Made by a program: the position numbers and the translations under genes
In this document: in pieces, positions 1-12,241 of the stretch
How positions within the stretch are numbered: position 1 is the stretch's first letter
How the letters are laid out: every line of letters begins with the position of its first letter
NCBI GenBank assembly: GCA_050250895.1
Contig: JBFWNU010000001.1
Coordinates: forward strand, 1,000,008-1,064,007
From: Vulcanimicrobiota bacterium
GTDB lineage: Bacteria > Vulcanimicrobiota > Xenobia > Xenobiales > JADMJV01
DNA: 64,000 bases
Direction: 5' to 3'
Notes under the pieces: model-generated
Database searches by the model: none
The model's input: the letters and a program-made list of their open reading frames with translations, nothing else
What the model was told of the DNA's origin: nothing

Positions 1-756
1 ATGTTGAGCACGCTGACCAACCTGCACTTTCCGCCCACGGCAGAATCGCGCCAGAACCTGCTCAACGAAGGCCATCGGTCCGAAGACCTCTTCGTCACGG
101 GCAACACCGTCTGCGATGCCTTGCAAACCATGGTGGCCAACCTGCCCCCCGGCCGCCCACCCGAACTTTCCCACCTGCCGGCCAATTGCCGTATTTTATT
201 GGTAGAGACGCATCGGCGAGAAAATCTCGGGGAGCCGATGCAGGAGATTTGTAGGGCTCTGCGAAGGCTCGTGAAAGATTTCACAAGCGTGGAAATTGTG
301 TTTAGCGTGCACAAAAATCCCCGCGTTCGTGAAGTCGTCTTTCCGGCTCTAGAGGGCCACGAGCGCGTGACTTTGCTCGAGCCGGTGGACTATCCGGTGT
401 TGATCCGGTTGATGCGAGAATCGCACCTGATTCTGACCGATTCGGGAGGAATTCAGGAAGAGGCTCCATCGCTGGGCAAACCGGTCCTGGTCTTACGAAG
501 GACCACCGAACGCCCCGAGGGGGTCGAGGCGGGCGTAGCACGCCTGGTGGGTACCGACTTCGATCAGATCGTAGGAGTGGCGACGAAACTCCTCTCTGAC
601 GACGCCGAGTACGGCAGAATGAGTCGCGTCGCCAACCCCTATGGGGATGGGATGGCCGCTGAGCGGATCGTGGAGGCGATCCTTCACCGTTTTGGTCGCG
701 GACCTCGACCGAGGGATTTCAATCCTTTGACCGGGGGTGCCGCGGTTGGCGGATGA
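1..756 (+). CDS. wecB: UDP-N-acetylglucosamine 2-epimerase (5'-truncated by window edge)
   Basis: Motifs VTGNT, HRREN, LTDSGGIQEEAP, TERPEG and NPYGDG. Confidence 0.95.
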   Translation: MLSTLTNLHFPPTAESRQNLLNEGHRSEDLFVTGNTVCDALQTMVANLPPGRPPELSHLPANCRILLVETHRRENLGEPMQEICRALRRLVKDFTSVEIVFSVHKNPRVREVVFPALEGHERVTLLEPVDYPVLIRLMRESHLILTDSGGIQEEAPSLGKPVLVLRRTTERPEGVEAGVARLVGTDFDQIVGVATKLLSDDAEYGRMSRVANPYGDGMAAERIVEAILHRFGRGPRPRDFNPLTGGAAVGG

Positions 757-1054
757 CGAAGAGCCTGCCAAAGACGATCAACTCGAGCGGGTTGAGCAAA
801 GAATTCAAGAACTGAAGGACCCTCGCAAGAAGGGTGACCGGCAGTTTACTCGCGGAGTGGCGTTAGTCACCTCCCTGGGATTTGTGGTCGTGGGATGCAT
901 TTTCGGCGGCTATCTCCTGGGAGACTACCTGGCCAAACGTTTTGGATCCGAGTTCTATCTCATCCTCTCGCTGCTAGGAGGGTTAGGCATGGCCGGCTAC
1001 GCTGGATACCGCCTGCTGCTGCCCTTCCTTGAGGATGAGAATGACGGTAGTTAG
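737..1054 (+). CDS. AtpZ/AtpI-family ATP synthase accessory protein (ATPase gene 1)
   Basis: Small 2-TM protein (GGYLLGDYL...LLGG) at the head of the atp operon; overlaps the wecB stop. Confidence 0.75.
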   Translation: MPRLADDEEPAKDDQLERVEQRIQELKDPRKKGDRQFTRGVALVTSLGFVVVGCIFGGYLLGDYLAKRFGSEFYLILSLLGGLGMAGYAGYRLLLPFLEDENDGS

Positions 1055-1331
1055 TTTCATAGTAGGTCTGGGTCTGGGTCTGATGCACCTGAGACTCTAC
1101 AAAGCAGGCGTCGAATCGTTGTTGGCTCGTTCCGACCCGAACTCGATTCCGATGGCCGCCCTGCAGGGAACACTTTTTCGATTTCTTATCGTCTGCCTAG
1201 CAGGAATTTGCCTGGGTCAAATCGCACAGTTCGATGCCGCAGCGGTCTTGCTGGGATTCGTGTCCGTCTTCTTTACGCACCGGGCGCAAATGCTCAAGCA
1301 GGCCGTCAGGCCGGAAGGATCGAGAGCCTAA
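1041..1331 (+). CDS. atpI: ATP synthase I-chain-like membrane protein
   Basis: Hydrophobic ~96 aa protein with an 'LFRF' motif directly before atpB; GAGGA RBS before ATG 1041. Confidence 0.7.
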   Translation: MTVVSFIVGLGLGLMHLRLYKAGVESLLARSDPNSIPMAALQGTLFRFLIVCLAGICLGQIAQFDAAAVLLGFVSVFFTHRAQMLKQAVRPEGSRA

Positions 1332-1337
1332 ACAGCC

Positions 1338-2351
1338 ATGCTAACCAACTTTCTTCTGCTGGCCGCTGATACCCACGAGCAGGGTTTCACTCTCCATTAC
1401 CAGTTGATCGTCGGCTCCACCGCCCTGGTGGTGGGCGTGATCGTTCTGCTGGCTCTGATGGCCTTTCCGCAGTTCGGGGTGGTGCCCCGCGGCTGGGGCG
1501 CGGCCTTCGAACACGTCTTTGACTGGATCGACGGGATGGCTCAGGACATGATCGGCCGCGAAGGCCGCCAGTATGTGCCCTTTTTGATGTCGCTCTTCGT
1601 CTTCGTCCTGTTTTCGAACTGGTCGGGCCTGTTGCCCTGGCCGGTGGTCAACTACACCCCCGTGGGCGCCGTCGTTCAGAGTCACGACCACGAAGACGAA
1701 GCCATCCCCCACGAGGGCATCGAAGAAGAGATTCACGACCAGGCTCACGCCCAGAACGTCACCTTCGAGGCCCCCTCGGCTTCTTACAACACCACCCTGG
1801 CCCTGGCCCTCATCTCGTTTTTCGCCTTTAACTTCTACGGACTGAGAAAGCGAATCTTCCCGCCCAAGCACGTCCATCATCACCACGAAGAGGCCCACGA
1901 TCACCCTCACCACCACGCTCCCGGTGGCATTTTAGGCCTGGGCGAGTGGATCGCTCACTTCTGGCAGCCGACCCCGATGCTCTATCGCAGCCTCGACGGC
2001 GGAATGAAACTGCTGTGCATTCCCCTGGGGCTGCTCTTCATCTGTCTGAACATCATCGAAGAGTTCGCCCGCATCCTGTCGTTGTCGATCCGACTTTTCG
2101 GCAATATTTCGGGCGAGCACCAGGTGAAGACCAGCCTCATCGCCACCATGCAGATGTTCTTGACCAGCGCGTTCACGGCTCTCACCTCGGGCAGCCCGCT
2201 GTTTTTGTTCTGGGGAATGGTGGCCGGATTGATCTGGATGGCCTCGGCCTTCGCCACCTGCCTGGGCGCTCTGGCCGGTTTCATCCAGGCCATGATCTTC
2301 GCGGTTCTTTCGCTGGTCTATATCGCCCACGCGGTGGCCGACGAGCACTAA
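1338..2351 (+). CDS. atpB: F0 ATP synthase subunit a, with two His/acidic-rich insertions
   Basis: LSLSIRLFGNI (essential Arg), FIQAMIF..L..VY and SNWSGLLP. Confidence 0.95.
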   Translation: MLTNFLLLAADTHEQGFTLHYQLIVGSTALVVGVIVLLALMAFPQFGVVPRGWGAAFEHVFDWIDGMAQDMIGREGRQYVPFLMSLFVFVLFSNWSGLLPWPVVNYTPVGAVVQSHDHEDEAIPHEGIEEEIHDQAHAQNVTFEAPSASYNTTLALALISFFAFNFYGLRKRIFPPKHVHHHHEEAHDHPHHHAPGGILGLGEWIAHFWQPTPMLYRSLDGGMKLLCIPLGLLFICLNIIEEFARILSLSIRLFGNISGEHQVKTSLIATMQMFLTSAFTALTSGSPLFLFWGMVAGLIWMASAFATCLGALAGFIQAMIFAVLSLVYIAHAVADEH

Positions 2352-2361
2352 AAAAAGTTAA

Positions 2362-2382
2362 GGCCTCCCTTGCGGGGAGGCC
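2362..2382 (+). other. Intercistronic stem-loop between atpB and atpE
   Basis: GGCCTCCC-TTGCG-GGGAGGCC with an 8-bp stem and no downstream U-tract on the + strand. Confidence 0.6.
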
Positions 2383-2418
2383 CCTCAAATCAAGACCTGA
2401 CACACTCTAGGAGGATAG

Positions 2419-2739
<321 letters not shown>

Positions 2740-2759
2740 GAGTCTGAGGAGTCGCCCCC

Positions 2760-3257
2760 ATGGAGATGATTTGGTCAATTCTCGAAGGTCTACACTTCGA
2801 GTCGACGACCTTCTTCTGCCAGGTTGGTCTGTTCTTTCTCATGCATTTCTTGCTGACCGGGTTGGTCTACAACCCGATCATGGAGATTCGCAATGAGCGC
2901 GACGCCAAGATCGGCGGCCGTCTGGCCGAAGCCGAACAGAAAGCGGCCGCGGCCAGACGCCTGAAGGAAGAGTTCGAAGCCAAGATTCGCGAGGCCCGTC
3001 TCGAGGGTCAAGCGCTGGTCGCAGAAGAGACTGCCAGGGCCGAGCAAGCTCGCAAGGCCAAGGTGGACGAAGCTCGCGAACAGGCCGGCTCGATTCTGGC
3101 CGAAGCCCGCACCAAAGCCGCCGAGCAGCGCGAAGCTGCCCTGGCTACGGTCGAGCAGCAAGTTGAGCACGTCTCGGTCGTCATCGCCAAACAGATCCTT
3201 CGTGGGTCGCTCGCGCCGGAACACAGCCAGGTCGCCGAGGCCAAGCTGGGAGGCTAG
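2760..3257 (+). CDS. F0 subunit b'-like
   Basis: N-terminal TM, YNPI...ERDAKI, Ala/Glu coiled coil; position in the operon. Confidence 0.85.
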   Translation: MEMIWSILEGLHFESTTFFCQVGLFFLMHFLLTGLVYNPIMEIRNERDAKIGGRLAEAEQKAAAARRLKEEFEAKIREARLEGQALVAEETARAEQARKAKVDEAREQAGSILAEARTKAAEQREAALATVEQQVEHVSVVIAKQILRGSLAPEHSQVAEAKLGG

Positions 3258-3260
3258 ATT

Positions 3261-3764
3261 ATGTGGGGATTTGCACCGGACCAAATATTCGCGTGGGGCG
3301 TTAGTGTCGTCAACTTCGCCATCATGTTCGTCCTCTTTCGGCTGGTGGTTATCGAGCCGATGTTCGAGGCCGTGGACCTGCGCGAGAAGAAGGTTCGCAA
3401 CCGGTTGGCCGAGATCGACGACATCTTGAACGAGGCCAGCGCCATGCAGGTCAAGTACGAAGAACAGATGGAGAATCTCGACGACGAACTGGCCAAGGTC
3501 CGCGACTCGGCGGCGGCCACCGTCAAGCGGACGGTGGCGCGCATCGAGGAGAAGGCCGAATCCGAGGCAACTTATATCCTCGATAAGGCCAACCGAGAGG
3601 CGAGCTCGCTCCAACGCGAGGTCGAAGCGGAGCTGCGCGAGCGCATCACCGCCGGAGCCATCGCGCGGGCCCGCACTCTGTTGGAGAAGGCCATCGACAA
3701 AAAGACCCAGAGCCTGACTATGGAACACGTCGTGGACAAGGTAGGTGAGCTCAGTGCTACTTAA
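3261..3764 (+). CDS. atpF: F0 subunit b
   Basis: VNFAIMFVL TM followed by a coiled coil; immediately before delta. Confidence 0.85.
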   Translation: MWGFAPDQIFAWGVSVVNFAIMFVLFRLVVIEPMFEAVDLREKKVRNRLAEIDDILNEASAMQVKYEEQMENLDDELAKVRDSAAATVKRTVARIEEKAESEATYILDKANREASSLQREVEAELRERITAGAIARARTLLEKAIDKKTQSLTMEHVVDKVGELSAT

Positions 3765-4299
3765 AGCCGTTGCTCGACGCTATGCCGAGGCCATCTACGC
3801 GATGGCCAAAAAGGCTGGCAATATCGACGTCCAGCTGCAAGAGCTGATCAAGGTTCGCGAGATCCTCAAAGGCCATGAGGATCTCAAGAGAGCGATCGAA
3901 GTGCCCACTTTGCCTGACCAGGTGAAGAAGAGCATCCTCGACAAGCTCTTGAAGAAGCGGGTCAGCAAGACCACTCTGCACTTTCTGTTCGTGCTCGTGG
4001 ACAAGAGTCGCGAGGTCTATCTCGAGCCGATCATTTCGGCCTACGAGCAGATCCAGCGGGACGAGAATCGCGTGGTCGAGTGCCACGTGCGCGTTCCGCG
4101 AGCCCCGACGAAGAAGCTCGAAGCCAGCCTGGTCAAACGACTCGAGGACTTCACCGGCAAAGCGGTGGAACTGGTGATTCACGAAGACGAGACCATGCTC
4201 GGTGGTATGGTCATCACCATCGGCGATCGCATCATCGATGGTAGCATCGAAACACAATTGGCACAGATTCAGGAACGACTCGCCAAAATCGGGTCGTGA
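3745..4299 (+). CDS. atpH: F1 subunit delta
   Basis: ARRYAEA and LGGMVITIGDRIIDGSI. Confidence 0.95.
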   Translation: MSSVLLKAVARRYAEAIYAMAKKAGNIDVQLQELIKVREILKGHEDLKRAIEVPTLPDQVKKSILDKLLKKRVSKTTLHFLFVLVDKSREVYLEPIISAYEQIQRDENRVVECHVRVPRAPTKKLEASLVKRLEDFTGKAVELVIHEDETMLGGMVITIGDRIIDGSIETQLAQIQERLAKIGS

Positions 4300-4317
4300 C
4301 GGTAGGAGGAGTTTAGG

Positions 4318-5844
4318 ATGTCCATTCGCTCTGAAGAAATCAGCGACATTCTCGTTCAGGAAATCGAGGGATACAGCCCCGACGTCAAAGACCTTCCGTA
4401 CGGAACGGTCATTCAGGTGGGCGATAGTATCGCCACCATTTACGGCCTTCGCGACGCCCGCGCCGGCGAGCTTTTGAGCTTTGCCCAGGGCCAGCTCGGA
4501 ATCGCCATGAACCTCGAAGAGGACACCATCGGTTGTGTGATCATGGGCGATGACTCCGAGATCAAGGAAGGCGACCGCGTCGAGAGCACCGGACGTATCG
4601 TCGAGGTTCCCGTGGGTGAAGCCATGTTGGGCCGGATCGTGAATGCTCTGGGCGAGCCCATCGACGGCAAAGGTCCCATCAACACCACCGAAAAGCGAAC
4701 CATCGAGTTTACCGCTCCCACTGTGCCCGAGCGCCAACCGGTCCACGAACCCCTGCAGACGGGCGTCAAGGCCATCGACGCGCTGATTCCCATCGGCCGC
4801 GGTCAGCGCGAGCTGATCATCGGTGACCGCCAGACCGGTAAGACCGCCATCGCCGTCGACGCGATGATCAACCAGAAAGACACCGATGTGCTGTGTGTCT
4901 ATGTGGCTATCGGTCAGAAGACCAACAACGTGGCCGCGGTAGCCGAATCGCTGCGCGAGTCGGGAGCCCTCGACGGCAAGACCGTCATCGTGGCCGCCAA
5001 CGCCAACGAGTCTCCCTCGATGCTGTATCTGGCCCCCTATACCGGCTGCGCCATCGCCGAACAGTTGATGTACTCGGGCAAACACGTGCTCATCATCTAT
5101 GATGACCTTACCAAGCACGCCAAGGCCTACCGCGAGATCTCGCTGCTGCTACGCCGCCCTCCCGGCCGCGAAGCCTATCCCGGCGACGTGTTCTTCTTGC
5201 ACTCTCGTCTGCTCGAGCGGGCTGCCAAGCTGTCGGATGCGATGGGCAAAGGCTCGATGACCGCCCTACCCGTGATCGAAACCCAGCTGGGCGACGTTTC
5301 TGCCTACATTCCCACCAACGTCATCTCGATTACCGACGGCCAGATCTTCCTGGATACCGACCTCTTCTATCAGGGCATTCGCCCCGCCGTAGACGTGGGC
5401 ATCTCGGTCTCGCGCGTGGGCGGTTCGGCGCAGGTGAAGGCCATGAAGAAAGTGGCCGGTCCGCTGCGTCTTGACCTGGCCCAGTATCGCGCTCTGGCCG
5501 CCTACGCCAAGCTGTCGGCCGACGAGCTCGACAAAGCCAGCCGCGACCAGCTGGCCCGTGGCGCCCGCATCACCGAGGTGCTCAAGCAAAAGCAGTTCGA
5601 ACCGATGCCGGTCGAGCGTCAGGTGGCCATCCTTTACGTGGCTACCCAGGGCCACCTCGACGACATCGAGGTGGAAGATGTCAAGCCGTTCGAACTCGGC
5701 TTCCATGACTTCATCGCCGAGAAGTACCCTGAAATTCATAAGACTCTGCGCGAGAAGAAGGCCATCGACGACGACCTCGAGGCCAAGCTCGTAGAAGCCA
5801 TCGCAGCCTACAAGAAGGAGTTCTTGGACACTCGCTCCGAGTAA
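4318..5844 (+). CDS. atpA: F1 subunit alpha
   Basis: GDRQTGKT and [12 protein letters not shown]. Confidence 0.99.
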   Translation: MSIRSEEISDILVQEIEGYSPDVKDLPYGTVIQVGDSIATIYGLRDARAGELLSFAQGQLGIAMNLEEDTIGCVIMGDDSEIKEGDRVESTGRIVEVPVGEAMLGRIVNALGEPIDGKGPINTTEKRTIEFTAPTVPERQPVHEPLQTGVKAIDALIPIGRGQRELIIGDRQTGKTAIAVDAMINQKDTDVLCVYVAIGQKTNNVAAVAESLRESGALDGKTVIVAANANESPSMLYLAPYTGCAIAEQLMYSGKHVLIIYDDLTKHAKAYREISLLLRRPPGREAYPGDVFFLHSRLLERAAKLSDAMGKGSMTALPVIETQLGDVSAYIPTNVISITDGQIFLDTDLFYQGIRPAVDVGISVSRVGGSAQVKAMKKVAGPLRLDLAQYRALAAYAKLSADELDKASRDQLARGARITEVLKQKQFEPMPVERQVAILYVATQGHLDDIEVEDVKPFELGFHDFIAEKYPEIHKTLREKKAIDDDLEAKLVEAIAAYKKEFLDTRSE

Positions 5845-5854
5845 AAGGTAGAAG

Positions 5855-6715
5855 ATGTCGAGCATTCGCGATCTCAAGCGACGCATCAAGTCGGTGCGCA
5901 ACATCCAGCAGATCACCAAGGCCATGAAGATGGTCGCGGCTGCGCGTATTCGCAAGGCCGAAGAGCAGCTCAAAGCGGCCCGGCCTTATGCTGAAAAGCT
6001 CAAAGAGGTTGTCACCGACCTGACCTCTCAGATGGAGGACATCCTCCACCCTCTGATGGAGTCGCGCCCGGTCAAGCGAGTCGCTTATCTGGTCGTCAGT
6101 TCTGATAAAGGCCTGTGCGGTGCCTACAACAACAACTTGCTGCGCATGGCCTGGAGGGACCTGTCGGACGAGAACGGACTTCCTCACGACCTGATCGCGG
6201 TGGGAGCCAAGGTCAACAAGTATCTGGCCCGCCGTAAGGTGCAGCCCACCGTGGCCCGCACCGGCTGGAGCCCTGACTTCGTCCTGGCCCAAGAATTGGC
6301 CGACACGCTGTCCGACTGGTTCATCAACGAACAGGTCGATCAAGTGGTAGTCTTCTACACTCGCGCCGTGTCGGCCATGACCCAGGAGCCGCTGCGCGAG
6401 GTGATCCTGCCTCTGACCAACGTGGCCGACGCAGACCGGGCCGAGGCTCTGCCCTATGAATTCGAGCCCTCGGCCGAAGTCGCCCTCAACATCTTGCTAC
6501 CGCGCTATCTGCGCATGATCATCTACAAGATTCTAATGGAGGCCAAGGTGTCCGAGTTGGGGTCGCGACTCAAAGCCATGAGCAACGCTACCGACAACGC
6601 CGACAAATTGGCCGGAGAATTGACCCTGGAGTTCTTCCGACTCCGACAAGAGAGCATCACCCGCGAGATCCTCGAGATCTCGGGCGGTGCCGAAGCTTTG
6701 AAGGCGTCTAGTTAA
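5855..6715 (+). CDS. atpG: F1 subunit gamma
   Basis: ITKAMKMVAAA, SDKGLCG and RQESITREILEI. Confidence 0.98.
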   Translation: MSSIRDLKRRIKSVRNIQQITKAMKMVAAARIRKAEEQLKAARPYAEKLKEVVTDLTSQMEDILHPLMESRPVKRVAYLVVSSDKGLCGAYNNNLLRMAWRDLSDENGLPHDLIAVGAKVNKYLARRKVQPTVARTGWSPDFVLAQELADTLSDWFINEQVDQVVVFYTRAVSAMTQEPLREVILPLTNVADADRAEALPYEFEPSAEVALNILLPRYLRMIIYKILMEAKVSELGSRLKAMSNATDNADKLAGELTLEFFRLRQESITREILEISGGAEALKASS

Positions 6716-8586
<1,871 letters not shown>

Positions 8587-8629
8587 AATCGCCGCGCCTC
8601 TCGAACCGCACCTGAGGGGTGATTTGGAA

Positions 8630-9904
8630 ATGGCAAGACTGGTAATTTCAGGCCCGACTCCCTTACGAGGAAGCCTGCCGGCAAGCGGCGCCAAGAACGC
8701 GGCTCTGCCCATCATCGCGGCTTCGATCCTGGCCCAGGGCCGGGTCGTGCTCGAGCGCGTACCCAACATCAGCGACGTCTGGTGCATGGCCGACATTTTG
8801 CGCGGCATGGGGGCCCAGGTCGACTATAACGGCGACGGTCGCATGGTGCTCGACACCTCGAAGGTCAACACGGTCGCGCCTCATGAGCTGGTACGCAAGA
8901 TGAACGCCTCGTTCGACGTGGCCGGACCGCTGCTGGCCTGCTATGGCGAAGCCGAAGTCTCGCTGCCGGGCGGCTGCCGGCTGGGCCCGCGCCCGGTCGA
9001 CCTGCACATCATGGGCTTTCGCAAACTGGGTGCCGAAGTCACCTCGGAGCGGGGCTTCGTCAAAGCTCGGGCCAAAAGGCTGGTGGGCGACCGCATCGTC
9101 TTTCCCAAGGTCAGCGTCGGGGCCACCAAGAACTGCCTGATGGCAGCCACCCTGGCCGAAGGCGAGACTCTGCTCGAGAACTGCGCTCGCGAGCCCGAGA
9201 TCGTGGATCTGGCCAACTTTCTCATCAAGATGGGAGCCAACATCCAGGGTCACGGCTCCTCGTCCATCACCATCAAAGGCGTCAAGCGCCTGCACGGGGT
9301 CGAATATCATATTCTGGCCGACCGGATCGAGGTCGGCACCTACCTGATCGGGGCGGTGGTGACCGGGGGAGACCTGACCATCGAGGATTGTGTCCCCGAG
9401 CACGTGGCCTCGCTGCTGGACCGGCTGCGCGAAGCCGGCCAGGAAGTCACCGTTTGGGACAAATCGGTGCGAGTCAAGCACGTTCATCCCATCAAGCCGC
9501 TGGAAGTGGCCACCGCGCCCTACCCCGGCTTTCCCACCGATCTGCATCCCCAGATGGTGACGATGATGACTCTGGCCGACGGCGCCAGCATTTTGCAAGA
9601 GACCATCTTTTCGGGTCGTTTCATGTATGCCATGGAACTGGTCCGATTGGGGGCCAAGCTCAAGGTGTCGGACCGCCAGGTGTTGGTGCGGGGAACCGAT
9701 CGCCTCTTCGGCGTCCCTGTGGATGCCCCCGACATCCGCGCCGGCGGGGCCCTGGTGCTGGCCGCCCTGGCCGCTGAGGGCGAGACCGTGATCTCGGGGG
9801 TTCGCTATATCGACCGCGGCTATCAAGAGATCGAGAGCCGGCTTTCGTCGGTGGGTGCTCACATCCGTCGTCTCGAGCAGCCGCTCACGCCTGTCCCCAA
9901 CTAG
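8630..9904 (+). CDS. murA: UDP-N-acetylglucosamine 1-carboxyvinyltransferase
   Basis: GAKNA, LPGGCRLGPRPVDLH (catalytic Cys), PYPGFPTD and DIRAG; start set at ATG 8630 after GAGGGG. Confidence 0.97.
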   Translation: MARLVISGPTPLRGSLPASGAKNAALPIIAASILAQGRVVLERVPNISDVWCMADILRGMGAQVDYNGDGRMVLDTSKVNTVAPHELVRKMNASFDVAGPLLACYGEAEVSLPGGCRLGPRPVDLHIMGFRKLGAEVTSERGFVKARAKRLVGDRIVFPKVSVGATKNCLMAATLAEGETLLENCAREPEIVDLANFLIKMGANIQGHGSSSITIKGVKRLHGVEYHILADRIEVGTYLIGAVVTGGDLTIEDCVPEHVASLLDRLREAGQEVTVWDKSVRVKHVHPIKPLEVATAPYPGFPTDLHPQMVTMMTLADGASILQETIFSGRFMYAMELVRLGAKLKVSDRQVLVRGTDRLFGVPVDAPDIRAGGALVLAALAAEGETVISGVRYIDRGYQEIESRLSSVGAHIRRLEQPLTPVPN

Positions 9905-9910
9905 GGCGCG

Positions 9911-10864
9911 GTGCGGCTCGCTGTCGATCTCGGCACCTCGCGTCTGAGGGTGATGGACGCGCGCCGCCAGTTGTTGCTCGACTGGCCTTCGTTGGTGGCC
10001 TTCGAAGCCGACAGCCTCAAGGTGGTAGCCGTCGGAGACGAGGCCCAGCCACTCGAAGGCAAGACCCCCGACTCGATCCGCTGCGAGTGGCCGCTCGAAG
10101 ACGGCGTCATCACGCGCCTCGAGGTCGCCGTGGCCCTGCTGACCAAAGCGCTGCGAGAAGTGGCCGGCCGTCTCAATCGCCCTGATCTGGTCCTGGGCGT
10201 TCCGGTGGGAGCGACCCGCATCGAGCAGCGAGCCTTCGAGCAAGCGGCCAGCGAGGCCGGAGCCCGACGGGTTCATCTGATCAGGCACCCGCTGGCTGCG
10301 GCCCTGGGCGCCGAACTGGACCAATCGGCCGGCCAGGGTCACCTGCTGCTCGACCTGGGCGGCGGTTGTTGCGACCTGGCCGTGGTGGCTCACGGCCACG
10401 TCGTGGTGGGAAAGACCCTCAGACTGGGCGGGCGCCGCCTCGACCGGGCCCTGGTTCACAACATCCGCAAGCAACAGAACCTGCTCTTGAGCCGGCTCAC
10501 CGCCGAAAAGGTCAAGCGCGAGCTTGCCTCGGCCTTTCCCGTCCGGGAAGAGGCTCAGCTCGAGGTCCACGGGCGTGACCTGGTCAGCGGGCTGCCCGCC
10601 AGTCGTAAGCTCGACGGCCGCCAGGCTCGGGAAGCTCTCGAGCCGGAATTGACCGGGTTGCTCGACGAACTCAGACAGCTGCTAGAGTCGACCCCGCCCG
10701 AGTTGTGCGGCGACATCCACGCGCATGGGTTCAGCCTGATGGGGGGTCTGAGCCAATTGGCGGGATTGGACCTCTTTCTGTCTGAAACCATGGGACTGGA
10801 ACCACACTCGGTGGACGAGCCCCAGCTGGTCCTAGTGCGCGGACTAGCCAGCTATCTCCAGTAG
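9911..10864 (+). CDS. Divergent MreB/Mbl-like actin-fold protein
   Basis: AVDLGT, PLEDGVI, DLGGG, GGRRLDRAL, TAEKVKRE and LESTPPEL. Confidence 0.85.
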   Translation: MRLAVDLGTSRLRVMDARRQLLLDWPSLVAFEADSLKVVAVGDEAQPLEGKTPDSIRCEWPLEDGVITRLEVAVALLTKALREVAGRLNRPDLVLGVPVGATRIEQRAFEQAASEAGARRVHLIRHPLAAALGAELDQSAGQGHLLLDLGGGCCDLAVVAHGHVVVGKTLRLGGRRLDRALVHNIRKQQNLLLSRLTAEKVKRELASAFPVREEAQLEVHGRDLVSGLPASRKLDGRQAREALEPELTGLLDELRQLLESTPPELCGDIHAHGFSLMGGLSQLAGLDLFLSETMGLEPHSVDEPQLVLVRGLASYLQ

Positions 10865-12241
10865 CGGCAGGGCGAACACAAAACGAGCCCCCTGGTGAGG
10901 CTTGCTTTCAATCCAGATGTCTCCCAAGTGAGCCTGGACGGTCTGCCGGCAGATGGCCAGACCCAGCCCGGTCCCACCCTGATGACGCGAACGATCCTGG
11001 TCGACCCGATAGAATCGATCGAAGACCAGCTTTTGCTCCGCTGGCGAGAGCCCGACCCCGTTGTCTTGAACCCACACCAGCACCCGCTCGGCCTGACGCT
11101 CGGCCCCGACCTCGACCCGCGGCGAGGTCTGGTCGACCACGGCTCGCAGGGCATTGTCGACCAGATTGGTCAAGACCTGGCCCAGGCGGTGGCGGTCGAC
11201 CGTGACTTGAAGCTCGTGAGCAATGGCGATGCGTAGCACTCCGGGACTGCGCTGGCTCAGGGCGGCCAGGGCTTCTTCAGCCAACTCGCGCAAGACGACG
11301 GGCTCACAGCGCAGGGCTACCTCTCCTTCGCCGCGGGTCAGGGTCAGCATATCGGTCACCAGCCGCTCCATCCTGGCCACCTCGCCAGCGATCAGGCCCA
11401 CGAAGCGAGCCGCCAACTCGGGCTGCTCGAGAGCCCCGTCCGAGAGCGCCTCGGACAGGGCCCGGAGCGACGCGATCGGGGTCTTGAGCTCATGCGAGGC
11501 GTCGGAGACGAACTGGGTCAACAATCGTCGGTGGTCCTCGAGCCGCTCGGCCATCTGGTCGATGTCGCGCCCGAGCCGCCCCAACTCGTCGTAGCGCCTC
11601 AGGTCGAGGCGATGGCGGTAGTCGCCCTGCGAGACCCGTTCGACCCCTTCGGCCAGGCGGGTGAGCGGGCGGGTCAGAAACGAGCCCAGCAAAAGGCTGA
11701 CCACCAGCGCCAGCAGGCTGGCCCACAGTCCCACCACCACCAACTGGTAGCGCAGGTCCTCAAGCAGTTCGTCGAGCCAGTCGAGGGGGCGCGAGGCATA
11801 GACCGCTCCAACCAGCTTTCCGTTGGCTCGCATGGGCACGGCCACGAACAGGCGGCCCTGGCGCACTTCGTGCCGATAGCGACCATTGAGGGCCTCATAG
11901 ACCTCGGGCAGGTCACGCACATTGGCCCGCCCGTCCGGGTTCGAATCCTCCAGCACGTCACCGCGCCAGTTGACGAAACAGAAACGGGCTCCCAGGTCCT
12001 GAGACAGCCGCATCATCTCGCCAGCGATCAGCTTGCGCTCGGACTGGGTCAGGGCCACCTCGTCCATATGCGTACCCATCAGGCTGGCGATCGACTCGGC
12101 GTGGGAGCGAAGGTTGGCTTCGGCCGTATCCAGAAAGCGAGCGCGCAAGGTACCGAAGAGAAAAAAACCCGCCAGCACCAGGGCCGCCAGGGTCGAAGCC
12201 AGCAGGGCCAGAGTCAGGGGAACGCGGACACTACTCTTCAA
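10844..12241 (-). CDS. Sensor histidine kinase (2 TM, HAMP, HisKA, HATPase)
   Basis: DASHELKTP, NLVDNA, DNGVG and GTGLGL. Confidence 0.95.
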   Translation of the reverse strand: MKSSVRVPLTLALLASTLAALVLAGFFLFGTLRARFLDTAEANLRSHAESIASLMGTHMDEVALTQSERKLIAGEMMRLSQDLGARFCFVNWRGDVLEDSNPDGRANVRDLPEVYEALNGRYRHEVRQGRLFVAVPMRANGKLVGAVYASRPLDWLDELLEDLRYQLVVVGLWASLLALVVSLLLGSFLTRPLTRLAEGVERVSQGDYRHRLDLRRYDELGRLGRDIDQMAERLEDHRRLLTQFVSDASHELKTPIASLRALSEALSDGALEQPELAARFVGLIAGEVARMERLVTDMLTLTRGEGEVALRCEPVVLRELAEEALAALSQRSPGVLRIAIAHELQVTVDRHRLGQVLTNLVDNALRAVVDQTSPRVEVGAERQAERVLVWVQDNGVGLSPAEQKLVFDRFYRVDQDRSRHQGGTGLGLAICRQTVQAHLGDIWIESKPHQGARFVFALPLLEIAG

